Assembly (NCBI RefSeq): GCF_902459465.1
Contig: NC_047081.1
Coordinates: 2,232,001-2,296,000 of the forward strand
Origin: Asterias rubens
Taxonomy: Eukaryota
Direction of reading: 5' to 3'
Length of the DNA: 64,000 nt
Position 1 is the first letter of the stretch. Every line of letters starts with the position of its first letter. Positions 52,103-64,000 of the stretch are shown here, in pieces. A model generated the notes under the pieces. The model searched no databases and was not told the origin of the DNA. It was given only the letters and a program-made list of their open reading frames with translations. Made by a program: the position numbers and the translations under genes.

Positions 52103-52769
52103 TTAACAGCAGAGCAACACTTACACACAATTTATTGATATAATCAATATGTGGTCCAAGCAATACCACACGCTGGTCATATTTTCCCTTTTTCAATCAG
52201 ACTCCAAATGCAGCAGCAGTAGGGCCAATGTCTAGGAGCAGTGTGTGTGTGCATTGGCCTTAACACAGTCACGAACTACATGTATCAACCCTTGGGTTCA
52301 ATCCTTCAGCCGCAAGAAACAAAATATGAACTCCCAGGAGTTTAACATTGGCCACTCTCGAATAATAACTGTTGTTGAATTTAGCCCAATTTCCTTATTT
52401 GCTGATGTGTGTGTATTATTCAATTTTAGAGATTTGTTAGTTTTGTGGTTGGTTAATTATGAATGTGATTTGGAGCAATTAAACAAACAAATTGTTTATT
52501 GTAGCGCTTAGTTTGTTGATTTTATTTACCAACTTTTTTTCATACGCTTCCTCCCATGATGCTTAAAGGGAGAGTAAATCAATTCATTTTTTCAAATGTA
52601 TGGATAACATAATAAAGACTCGATAACTGCAATAAATTACCAGTGAACTGTAAACAGAGCACTTGTGAATTGTTTTTAAGCCTTCTCTATATTTGTCTGA
52701 CCACCATTCAACATCACCCATTATCGATTTCAATGCTGCCAGCTTGCAATGTGATAATCACACATCTAT

Positions 52770-52990
52770 ACAGTACACAGTTAACCCTTCTACTGTTTGA
52801 CCACTCAATATATCCACTATGGTTTTGAATGATAGCTACTTATGCCAGCCTGCACTATTATATCATGTGGTGAATGAATTTACACAGTACACACTCAACC
52901 CTCCTACTGTCTGACCATTCAATCCACTGTGGCTTAGAATGATAGATAAACTGTGCCAACCCACACTATGGCAAAATGTGGTAGAAATAC
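52770..52990. repeat. Diverged tandem duplication, unit about 115 bp
   Basis: cagtacaca..aaccct.ctactgt.tgacca.tcaat...atccact.tgg.tt.gaatgatag repeated. Confidence 0.75.
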
Positions 52991-54271
52991 TACACATCCC
53001 ACAATATTAATGTACATACAAGTAATTCTGAGAACACCTGTGCCCCTAAATATGAACAACCCTTGCACTTTCTTGCAGTAGAATGGTTCCAAATGGTTGG
53101 GCATTTCAAAATGTCACAGTTGCAGAATGATTCCAAACAGTTGATCAACTAAAAATGGCTGCAGAATATGATTGATGAAACACCAAATTCTTTTACCGCA
53201 CTAAACCAGCAGACACTTCTCATTATAGGTTTGCAATTTTTTGGATATTTTTCTTTAAACTATCAAATCCCGTTGACACCAAAAAGATATCCCAGGACTA
53301 ACATCCATATCTTGAAATGCAAGTTTTGGATTATTAGTATTCAGGTGAGGACACAACCTCCTATCCGTGACAACTCCTGCACTTCATGCACTTTCATTTC
53401 TTCCCTTAACCCCCTGCTGTGTAGAGAACCATGACTGTGGGGTCAAGCAGTTATCATATCGCTTCCAATTGATGGTTTATTCTAATCACGATTCAGACAT
53501 CAGTTCATCCACCTGTGTTGGTTAGAGTTGGAGTTATTGAAATAGCCATCAGGGGTTGAAAATAACCGCAGACTGCTGCAATGCCCCCCCCCCCCCCACC
53601 CCCAGGACTCTAGCCTGCCTCTCGCCTACCTCAGCAACCTCAAGGGGTGGTTCTCTGGCTGGCAGACAGCCACAGAGCTTCCTAAGCAAAAAAAAATGCT
53701 TTTCTACCTTTTAAAATAACACATTATCTGATCATCATCAGAAATGTATTATACAAAATGAGAAAGTTCAATTACAATTCAAACGATTCATGAAGACATC
53801 CCTATACATTGGTTGAGTGTATGATTACCCGAGTCCTGCAAACAGAAACATGACAAGACTAAATTAATACAGAAAAGCAAATTTTATGACTAGACAGAAA
53901 CAGCCTATAGTGCACAAACCAACCTTTGCGTTTTTCAGTTTTCAATGACATTATGCAACGTTGAGAATAAAGGGAAGGCAAGTGGCAAAAAAAGTGCATG
54001 CCTGTAAATTATGATGAGAATATTTTCACTACACTTTCCTTTGTGATAAATGAGGCCAAGCTTCATCGTTATATCAAAGGATAACCCGCCCTGGAGAAAC
54101 CAAATTTCAAAACAACCCAATCACAGTCTCAGACGGAGTCATCTAAAAACACACACACATTTCTCATTCAAATATTCTACAGAAATGGTACCATTCCAAG
54201 ATCACACCAGACCAAGCATGCTAAATCATCACTAAAAACTCCCACAATGTTTTCAAGTAAAAAAGATTCTA

Positions 54272-54370
54272 CAGAAGACGAGCAGAGTATACTGTTTGAA
54301 ACGTCGAAACCACACCAACTCTTTTCAGAAACAAAAGCGATTTTTCACATATGGTTGTACCCGCAAGTTT
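54272..54370 (+). mobile_element. Second, decayed copy of the hammerhead-bearing repeat seen at 31381-31534
   Basis: CAGAAGA-C-GAGCAG-aguaua-CUGUUU-GAAA-CGU-C followed by ctcttttcagaa, as in the 31381 copy. Confidence 0.55.
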
Positions 54371-54671
54371 ACTATGAAATTTATAGTTTTCTTCCTATGA
54401 AAAAGATTTGATGAGCGTAAACTTCAACCTGCTGACAAGATATAGAGTGGGAGAGATGGGAATTGAGATATGTCTACTCCAGTACGTGCGTCCATAGACC
54501 GTACTGTCTTGAATGAGCAGGGTCAAAGCCTCAAGCTAGGAAACCACCACTCCACTTGGCTTTGCTTGCTGCTCAAACCAGCTGAGAAAAAACAACTTGG
54601 ATGTAGAACGTCTCGTTCCTTGGGCCCAATCTTTTTTGGAAAAGATGGTAAGCTCAGAGAGACTGGCTTAA

Positions 54672-55061
54672 AGGCACTGGAACACTATTGGTTATTACTT
54701 ACATTTTGTTAGCATAAAAACTAGCTTGGTATACAACAAGCAATGGTGAGCTGTAGGTAGTATAAAACATTGTGAGTGAATCGGCTCTCTCTGACAAGAA
54801 GTAGTTTTAAAAAAAAAAAGGTAATTTCTCACTCAAAATTTGAATCTGATAAAAGACTTCAGCCCTAAATAAAAGCCATTTTTAGACATCCGAAAATATA
54901 CACATTGTGCAGACAGGGTGTGTTTTCTTTCATTTCTCTTGCAACTTTGATGGTCAGTTGAGTCCAAATTGGTTTATTTGTTATTTATGCACATGTTGGG
55001 ATACAAAAAGAGAGAATACAGAATACAGATTTTTGGCAATTACCAAAGGTGTCCAGTGCCT
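54672..55061. mobile_element. Kolobok-like MITE family A
   Basis: TTAA TSD both sides; aggcactgga / gtccagtgcct. Confidence 0.85.
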
Positions 55062-56346
55062 TTAACAAGCTTTGATTCCAGAGTCATAATCTCATAAAAC
55101 CATTGAACTAGTGCTGCCTTCTTTGTCAAGCTCCAAATGTGCTAAATAATATCAAAATCCATGAGCACCAAGTCTCTATTGCCCAAAATGGGTACCAGGC
55201 TATTTTTTTTTCTTTGTTTAGAAAAACAGTAATGTCACCTCCATGGTCAATCAGCTGATTTATTGAACACATAAACCCCTTTTTATTAAGATTTCATCCA
55301 AATCTTAAACCAGAGGATTTAGTACATAAACGTTTGAAAATCAATGATGAATCGTGCCTAAAAATTAACATAAAAACTGCACCACACACTCTCATACGGT
55401 GAGGATCCCCATTGAAGGCACTTCTGATGTTCTTCTTCCAACCGAAGTCTTTTAGAGAGAGAGTAATTGGCAAACAATGACTAAACTGTGCCTTCTATCA
55501 AAGTACAGCGCCCTTCCGAGAACAAACGGAAATCCGATATTAATTTGATAGTACTACAATGCCCCTTTGTGATGTGCATCCCTCGCTCGGTGCTTACAGC
55601 TGAGTCACGCTCTTGTGTAATTTATTTTCTTGAAGATGAATAAAAAATTTGAGCGATCGCGGACCATTAACATAACGGCTACGGTCTTGGCTGTGGCTTT
55701 TGTCGCATAGACCGTGGAGGTAGAAATCAAAGACATCGTTTACGAGTAATGGAGAATTCCACAAACTCCTTTCAGATAATAAATATATCTCTCATTCACA
55801 AACTGAAGCAGGATAACTGAATTTACATAAATGGAGATATTTAATTTGATGTTTTAAATCATGTCTTCATATTGGGAACTGGAGGGGGCGGGGAGAGAAA
55901 GGGGGGTGCCCTGAATCTCTGAGGGTCAAGAGTTCATCTAGAGTTTGGGTTACTTCAAAACGAAAATTGTTTGTATCCCCTAAAAAACAAAATCAACCTT
56001 TCTGACTTTAACCCCCAAATGATTTGTTCTCGCAAGGATGCACAAACCACAACACTACGTCACCAATACTCTCATCATGGTCATAGCACTGCGCAAAATC
56101 AATTTAATCTTTCTTAAATCTCCCAGGATAAACATAATTTTTTGTCGGCATGGCCTGACCAGAGATTAGGTTGTGTATTCCCAAAACCTCCCTCTGGCCA
56201 AGCTTTTGGTCCCAGCCAATGCTTTTTAGTTTTTCTATACTTCCCGACAGGCTACTGGAACTAAATTCCATCACATTCTCTGCCATGGAATGAAAGCTTA
56301 TTAGCTAAGTGATTAAATTATGCTTTCTTTTTTTTATTCTAATCAG

Positions 56347-57863
56347 ATAATATTTGAGAGGAGTAACAGTATGTACTTATTTGCTTCTTCCCGGGTGCCG
56401 TCTTCTACCCGGTGAGTTATTCCACTCAAACAACGCCAAATTCTGCCAATGGGTATTTGTAATTCTACCTTCTGATTTTTCAATCAACTTGTTTCAAGAA
56501 AACGCAAAGAAAAACAAACGAAACGCATATTGTTGTACCTACAGTACAGATGTTGAACTTAATGAAGAAAAAAAAAGAGACAAATAAAAGTATGATTTTT
56601 TTTTGTATTATTTATCAAAATTATATCTTGTTTACACTCCAGCTGTTCCAAAGGCAAGGCTTCGATATCAATTTTCTACATGCAGTTTCAAATTTGTTTT
56701 CTCCATGAAATGAACAAAGACTGGTTAACTATTTGTTGCCATTAATCTTGGCCTTAGTGCCCTTGACATAACTTTGCCGACGATGTTTTAAACTTTCTGT
56801 TAAAACAAATTCTTCCCAAGATTCTTTCCTTGCAATTGCAACTTAAAAAAAAAAAAACGCGGACAAGATAGCAGCAAAATATTTCACTGATTATCAACTA
56901 CACTTTCTAAAGTCTAGTAAATATTTATCACACTCTATAATCTTACATTTGTCATTGCCAAACCTGATGGGACTTTTTCTCAATTTGAATTCCAAATATC
57001 AGAGCTAGATGATCAATTTTAAGGACACAAACTGATGTGCAGGGTGCAGTCGAGCCTGTTTGTCAAGTTGCTCATGCTGGTCAAATCGACCCCGCTAATG
57101 ACCTGTTACCAGGCAGGTGTGAAATTAACTTTCTGTCTTTATCTGTTCCCATTGCAAAGTGATTTTGCGGTTTCATAAATCCCAATGTTGCAGTTGACAG
57201 CTCATGTTAGTCAAATCGGACCATTGACTGATGATTGAATGATCCCTTTCATGACACTGGAACCTACATGTATGTAGGTCCATGTCCATAATAAAATCAA
57301 GTTAATAATTTGGACATTCTGCACAGCCAGAACATCTGAAGAGGTTTTGGGTGTAGCAGTCCTGAACAGTGGCATCAAATGCGACCGCCTCAATGCCCCC
57401 TCATCATTGCCTTGGTGCCCTTGAAATGCTCCATTAGAAATTGACATGCTCCATTAGAAATTGACAATTTCCTAACAGGGTGCCCTTTAAATGCCTTGGG
57501 TGCCCTTTAAATGCCTTGGTGCCCTTTCCCCCTGGTCATTACCTTGGTGCCCTTGAAATGCTCTTTAAAAATTAACAATTTCCTCATAGGGTGCCCTTTA
57601 AACGCCTTGGTGCCCTTGCCCTTTCAAAAACGAAGCATACATGCCTGGTATAGTGTAGTGAACCGCACCACTTTGACCCCACTGATGTTCCCCATCTATA
57701 CTCATCATACATTCTGCCCGTGTTTCCATCCAGCAACGGCCGGTCTCACATTTCCCAAATCCATACGGTACATCAACAAACAGCGAAATCCATTTGGAGA
57801 AAAGACAGTGAAATGACCTCAGGAGATCATGAAACAACCTCGCCGTTACGGGCGAATCAATAG
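56347..57863 (+). CDS. Candidate exon pair 56347-56411 and 57734-57863 (IIFERSNSMYLFASSRVPSSTRNGRSHISQ...PLRANQ*)
   Basis: Strong T-rich acceptor and CCG|gtgagt donor; phase-compatible with acceptor gtgtttccatccag|. No homology recognised. Confidence 0.2.
57357..57647. mobile_element. CAG-terminal MITE with internal micro-duplications and near-perfect 6-bp TSD
   Basis: Flanks GTGTAG / GTATAG; atgctccattagaaattgac twice; ggtgccctttaaatgcctt repeated. Confidence 0.8.
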
Positions 57864-59979
57864 ACGTAGACGCCAAGGTCTGAGCACACGTAAACATAGG
57901 CCACTCATTTGTCAAGAAGTAAGACAAAATGAGGGGAGGGGGGAAAATACAAATATAGAAGATACTTCAAAACCTCTAAAATCATTTATGAACATATTTT
58001 ATGATGAGGTTTAGGTCTGGGATGATCAGCCCACTATTTATAGAACGTTTGTTTTGGGAGTTCTTTAATGTCAGCTACCATAATGGCATAAAACCATATT
58101 CCCGTACATTTCAGATTCCTGTACATTGGAGATAATGTCAAATCAATTCTAATATTAAGAACTTTCTTAAGATTCTCAGCTTTTTTAAAAAAAGGGCTAA
58201 TCTAAAGAACTAATTGTCCACATTTATGCTGGTTTTTAACTTTTGCTGCATGACATTTTGAACAAATTTGATGTGAACTGAAATGAGGACACTTAATTTA
58301 TGTTAGCATTTACAGGAAATTTTGTAGAGCTTTCTTTAAAATGAGGCAAATGTGTGATTTCTTGAGCAAGAGTATATTACCAGGAAAAGCAAGCAGTTTG
58401 CCAGATTTCATCTAGTTCATCTCAAATCTTCAAAATGATTATTCCGACGCAACACCAACAACAAAAGTCAAAACATCGAAGATGAGTTTTATTATCAGTT
58501 ATGATCTGCTCCAGCAACCTCGACCCCCCTGCCCCTATTTCTGGATTTCTAGCCAGCCGGGTATATCGTCATCGTGAGCATGCATTCATTTCACCACTTT
58601 ACCTACTACATGTCCAATCTTAATTGTAACACTTGCTGAAATACCCTGCAGGCATCATCTTGTTCTGGCCTTATTTCCCTCCTGACACTGGCTGTCAATT
58701 TATGCAAATTGATCTCATCATGTTTTGTTTTGTCTCATGAATTAGGACATGTTGATTGATTCTGTTAGTGGACAAGAGGCCCTAATAAGGTGATTATATC
58801 GGGCAGGTTTGATGTGGTAGGATCACCTTATCTATCAAATCACTATGCGATCACCAAGTCAATATGTTCGTAAAGTAAATTTGTACTTGTTCTAAATTAT
58901 GGTACAGACCTGCAGGCCTATGTTTCATTTTTGAAAGGGCAAGGGCACCAAGGCATTTTCTTCTTTTCAAAGGCCACCCTATGGAACGTTTGAAGGGGGA
59001 ACAAAGGCAATATCCAGGGGGCATGGATGCAATCTTCTTTGTTGCCTTTGTGAAGTATCATGCCTGATGAAAATGATTGTTGTGCCTGTGAATTGGCACT
59101 TTTGATGGTGACCTTATTTTGGTAAGCATGATTTGTTGGGCTCAGCAACTTGATTTGCTTTGCCCTCCTCAAAGAGATTGCTAAAGATATCTCAAGCTCT
59201 CCTATGGTTAGGCTGATGTACAGCTATAAACTTGTACTTGACTAATCCTTGCTTAGCAGATTGGGCTACCACTTTCTGCTTACAAGGTTTCACAAAAATA
59301 AGTCCCAGAGGGGGATCTGGTAAAGTACAGTCATCAACCTGTTTTGAACCCCTTACATTACTCCAACCCTCATCAACTGTGCGACGACATCTGTATTAAT
59401 ATCAGAGCCGCCAAGTAGACATTTAAGAACTCACACAGACATAACATGTTCTCTTACAGTCAGGACGAGATCGTAATTCCATCATCGCGTATGCCGCAGT
59501 TCGGTAACAGAAACAATTTAATTAACTAAGCTCATTTGTCTTTGGCCATTTCATCAAGCAGAGTCTGAAGCTTCATTAAGCAAATGTACTGAGTGTGTTT
59601 TGCAAGCCCTCGGGGTTGAAGGCGGTAGACGAAACATGGATGTTCTTTGGTTTGTTTCTATTTGTAGTTTAGTGTTGATTGAATTGAGGGTTTTTTTTCT
59701 CTCTATTAATACTTACATGACCACAGGAATGCTGTGTGTCTACATGCTGAATGCGCAATGTACATCGGAAAGTTTTAGCCAATACTGTTTGTCTAAATAT
59801 TGTGGCTGGTTATGAATATTTAGCTGTGAATAAGTCTCATAACACAGAGTAAATAATACACAATGAAAACAAGAATAGTCCATCATTGGAATACATAATC
59901 TGAGAAAAATTAAGAAAAGTTTCTCAATCTCAGGTTTCACTGTTTTTGAATCGCTCAGCCTGAAACCACATTCCTTTTA

Positions 59980-60450
59980 AGGCAGTGGACATTGGTAATT
60001 GTCAAAGAATAGCCTTCACAGTTGGTGTATCTCAACACATGCATAAAATAACAAACCTGTGAAAATTTCAGCTCAATCGATCATCGAACTTGCAAGATAT
60101 TAATGAAAGAAAAAACACAAATGTCACACCAATGTCACACAAATTTCAGATGGTAGATTTCGAGACCTCAAATTCTAAATCTGAGGTCTTGAAATCAAAT
60201 TCGTGAAAAATTACTCCTTTCTCGAAAACTACGTCACTTCAGATGGAGCCGTTTCGAGACCTCAAATTCTAAATCTGAGGTCTTGAAATCAAATTCGTGA
60301 AAAATTACTCCTTTCTCGAAAACTACGTCACTTCAGATGGAGCCGTTTCTCACAATGTTTTATACTACCAACCTCTCCCCATTACTCATTCCCAAGTAAG
60401 GTGTTATGCTAATAATTATTTTGAGTAATTACCAATACTGTCCACTGCCT
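59980..60450. mobile_element. Kolobok-like MITE family A with exact 94-bp internal tandem duplication
   Basis: aggcagtggac / gtccactgcct|TTAA; 60158-60251 equals 60252-60345. Confidence 0.9.
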
Positions 60451-61914
60451 TTAAAGATAATTGTTTCTCAAAATACTATACATCAGCAGATACAGTGCTT
60501 CTTACCCAATAAGTTTTCAATTTTTTGATTTATTACTTTAGTTTTACACTCCCTTTGAGAGTTAATACCGCGACATCTCTTTGATCTCAGTCTCGGCCTT
60601 GGTTCCCCATCAAAATCTTCCCACTTTTTAATATTGTAATGGGTTGAAAGAGCCCCCTGTTCATCACAGGAAAGGCTTGGCCATTTCACCAATAAACTTC
60701 AGCAACAAACTTGACAGTCCAACGTTGACAATGATCTTACTAGCCACTCAACTCAATGAAACCAAAGAGAAAGGACCAAAGATCCTTTCTCAGTAATGCA
60801 ACTTAGCATTCCCTTCGAAACAAGGGCATTCATTTATAAATTGAGAGAAGAACTCTTCTTCCTTTTATAGTGTCGTTTTACAAAGAACTCAAAACCACCC
60901 AGTGATGATAATGCAACTCACTTTAAGGAACAAAGGCCAGAACTGTTAAGAAATAATCAGTATCCTTTTAAGAGTGACCATATCAGGTGCCAGTCACACC
61001 TTTATGAATCAGACACTGCAAATGAAAAACAGATCTCTTTTCTTAAAAGAAAAAGGCTTAAGATAGGGGTATTGGTTTCAAATTAATGTAAACTTACTTG
61101 AATTTCATAACTTAGGCCCATCAGTGCTATAGTAACTACATTGTCTTCTTCCATTACAGACCGAATTGGTATTTCACACTTTTAGGCACACTGCTATGCC
61201 ATAAATCTATCAGGGTGGGTGTGGGGAGGTTATGGTTCAAATTGACCATGTGGTCCCTGTGGTGTGGGTGGGGGCGAGTCTGGTTGGGTTTTTCCCTCAC
61301 CATTTGCTGACCATTATCTGGGACAACTCAAGTTTTATGAGCACTCTGTTGGTCTGAAAAGGACCACCAGGGATTTGCTCCACATCTCACTGACCATTTA
61401 GAAAATGAGAACTGACCAGCACTGTCTTGAGATCTTCCAGCCAGTGAAGAACTGAAGGACACCAACCACATACAACAAAGACACTAAAGAGAATTTTATT
61501 CCCAGGCAGCAAACAACACAAGTCACCATGCCAGGTTTTTATCATTCAACACATCACCCAATTAAACTGAACAATCTGTTTTGCTAAAACAAATTGAAAG
61601 AAACCATAGAAAAGGGACCAACATCTCACCTCAACCTCAATGGTAAAACCAACAAATTTACCATGGTTGCAACAATCACAGCTAATGAAAGAGAAGAGCC
61701 CAAAACGAAAAGCAAAAACCACATGTGCCCCTTTTTTTATATTTTTTATAATACCTCATTGGTTTACTCAGTTTATCCAAAAATCCATTCACAAATATTA
61801 CTCCTCAATAAGAGAATGTTTGTTTAGTCTGGTTTGGGCTTCCACCCAGTCCCAGACACTAGTGGACTCCCTTCCCCTACCAAACTCAAGTGAAAGAAAA
61901 AACAGTCACTTTTC

Positions 61915-62103
61915 AAAACGGTAGATGAAAGAGGGCACTTCCATGTAAAAAAAAAAAAAAACACATTTATGAGAACATTTTTATGGGAGGTAAAAGCCCT
62001 AGACAGCGAGGAAAACAGTAGATGAAAGAGGGCACTTCCATGTAAAAAAAAACCCACATTTATGAGAACATTTTAATGGGAGGTAAAAGCCCTAGACAGG
62101 GAG
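61915..62103. repeat. Tandem duplication, unit about 95 bp
   Basis: gtagatgaaagagggcacttccatgt(A)n..cacatttatgagaacatttt..atgggaggtaaaagccctagacag twice. Confidence 0.85.
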
Positions 62104-62512
62104 GTAAATGGCCATGTCGAACTCCGTCTCTATCTCCAACATTATTTTGTTTACAATAGACCTTACTAAAATTGATTTCAATTCATTGAACTTTCCCATG
62201 TTTATTACCATGTACATAGCCCTATAATATGCCATAAATCCTTGAGCCAATTAAATGGTTACATTGTGCCTTTGGTGATTTGCTTGTAAACAAAAGGAAA
62301 AATAATTGTCAGTGATATATAGCAGACCTTTTGTTGTACAGTATACACATTTAGCTTGTCTCTTGTCTGATTGACTTGCTCAAATTAATTACAGGCAATC
62401 AACTGGGGAGCGGCTCAAACTAGTAATGTCCTCTGTTTATGCATCGGTTTTAAGTCAATAACTATCTTATGGTACATGTATATCACTATTTCTATAGCTT
62501 TGGATGTGTGTG

Positions 62513-62895
62513 CAGCCGTCGATTTCACAAAAGGGACTTTTTGTTTTCGACGACGGATGGTTCTGTGACGGTAAAGATGACATTTGGCGTCATCTGCGCA
62601 TACGTCGGCTTTGAGGACGGTCGTCCCTCAATTTCTACGACAGTACTTGGGATGAATCTTCGTTGTGCTGAAAACGACAACGTTTAGCTGAACAACCGTC
62701 GCAGAACCATCCGTCGTCGAAAACGAAAAGTCCCTAAAGAGTTTTTAGGACTCGTCTTATCTAGAGTTGGGACGAGTAACTCGTCCTAACTTAGGTTCAT
62801 CTTAAGGTCTGCATGCTACAGTGCGGGGCTGGGACTCGCCAACAAGTCATAACATTAATCCTAATTTAGGAAGAGTTTTGTGAAATCTACAGCTG
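62513..62895. mobile_element. Host MITE (cagc.gt.gatttcacaaa TIR) interrupted by a younger MITE
   Basis: cagccgtcgatttcacaaa / tttgtgaaatctacagctg termini. Confidence 0.8.
62532..62735. mobile_element. Nested 204-bp MITE with 40-bp TIRs and 3-bp TSD (PIF/Harbinger-like)
   Basis: agggactttttgttttcgacgacggatggttctgtgacgg matches the right end with 2 mismatches; AAA duplicated at 62529-62531 and 62736-62738. Confidence 0.85.
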
Positions 62896-64000
62896 ACCTC
62901 GCTGATTGATACTTCACGGAGGCAACAGAGGCGATTGCCTCCATGCCCCGTAGTCATTGCCAAAGTGCTCTTGAAACACTCAAAAAGAAACTTACAAAAA
63001 TGCCTTGGTGCCCTTGCCCGTTCAAGAATGAACCATAAAGGCCTGCAAACACATGATGTCTTTTCAGCATCTGGATGTGCCTTACACAGTGCCTATAGAC
63101 CAGAATTCCGATAAACAAACCCCTCCACCAGCAGACCTGGTTTTGCTCAGGGAGGGTTACTTTCTTCCTCCTTGATTTGATTCCACCAAGAAAGAAAGAC
63201 GAAGAAGACTTTGAGAAACAAGCAACAAAAGACAGGCACTGCTGTGCGATATAAGACAATCAAGAACACAGTCAAGAATGTCACATCACAAGCAAAGTGA
63301 GTCACTGACTCCCATTTCTTGACACTAACCAGTGCATGGAAAGAATGTCCACTATCCAGCATAAGTAAACAAAACTCTTCATGTTTGGTCTGCTGGTTCT
63401 AATGGCTAAGGAAAAGACTATGGGTTTCCCTATTGGAAAAATGTCTGCATACCGAATCGATTAAGTGAATGGTTCAGTGAAGCTTATTGCAAACATTTTT
63501 TTGGTGAAAGTCTGGAAATTACTTCATAAGCACAGCCCAGATGAAGAAATTCCTATGGTCAGGCCAGTCACTGATTTAAGTGATGTCACTATTACACTTG
63601 CTGTGATTGGTCCATTTGGTTACTGGCGAAAATACGTATGACAATTCTGCTCTGACATTTCTCAGAGCTAACCAATCAAATCCATTGTTAGACAGCTTTG
63701 ATAAAGTCACCTTGCACCTTTTTGCTTAGAAAAATCATGTGATTGGTCGATATTGTATTTCAGCTCTAACATTGGTCGGTGTAATATTCAAATAGATTTC
63801 AGCTCTGAATTATTTGCTCTGAAATCAAAGCGGTAGAATTTACTACTAGGTAGTAGAAAGAAATTTAGTCGTCATAATATTTAGGGATGATTCCTCAACC
63901 AGCGAAGAGCTTTACAGTTCACCAACCCACCACCAAAAAAAATTGCAGCAATTGCAGGTTAGACACAAAATTAATCAAAAGTTAAATAAATGACGAATAT

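Noticed and set aside
63068-63296. Purine-rich frames (piggyBac C-terminal-like or exon 63191-63296 with GTGAGT donor)
   Set aside because: Diagnostic cysteines are missing and the acceptor is weak; not supportable.

Overview
This is AT-rich, repeat-dense eukaryotic (animal) genomic DNA, not prokaryotic. The repeat repertoire resembles what I recall from sea-star (asteroid echinoderm) genomes, but that is an inference. None of the supplied ORFs is a protein I recognise. Most are short chance ORFs or translations of repeats, so no gene symbol is assigned. Well supported from the sequence: (i) about 20 copies of non-autonomous TIR elements flanked by TTAA with AG...CT termini (Kolobok-like, at least 5 subfamilies); (ii) a CAG...CTG MITE family that shows 6-bp target-site duplications in four copies; (iii) a full-length tRNA-derived SINE plus fragments; (iv) several nested insertions and local tandem duplications; (v) Penelope-type minimal hammerhead-ribozyme motifs (three recognisable, one truncated); (vi) promoter-like motif clusters (YY1, ETS, CRE, TCTCGCGAGA, RFX X-box, CCAAT), many followed by a canonical splice donor on the minus strand. 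Candidate exons are listed at low confidence only. No CRISPR, rRNA or bona fide tRNA gene was seen.
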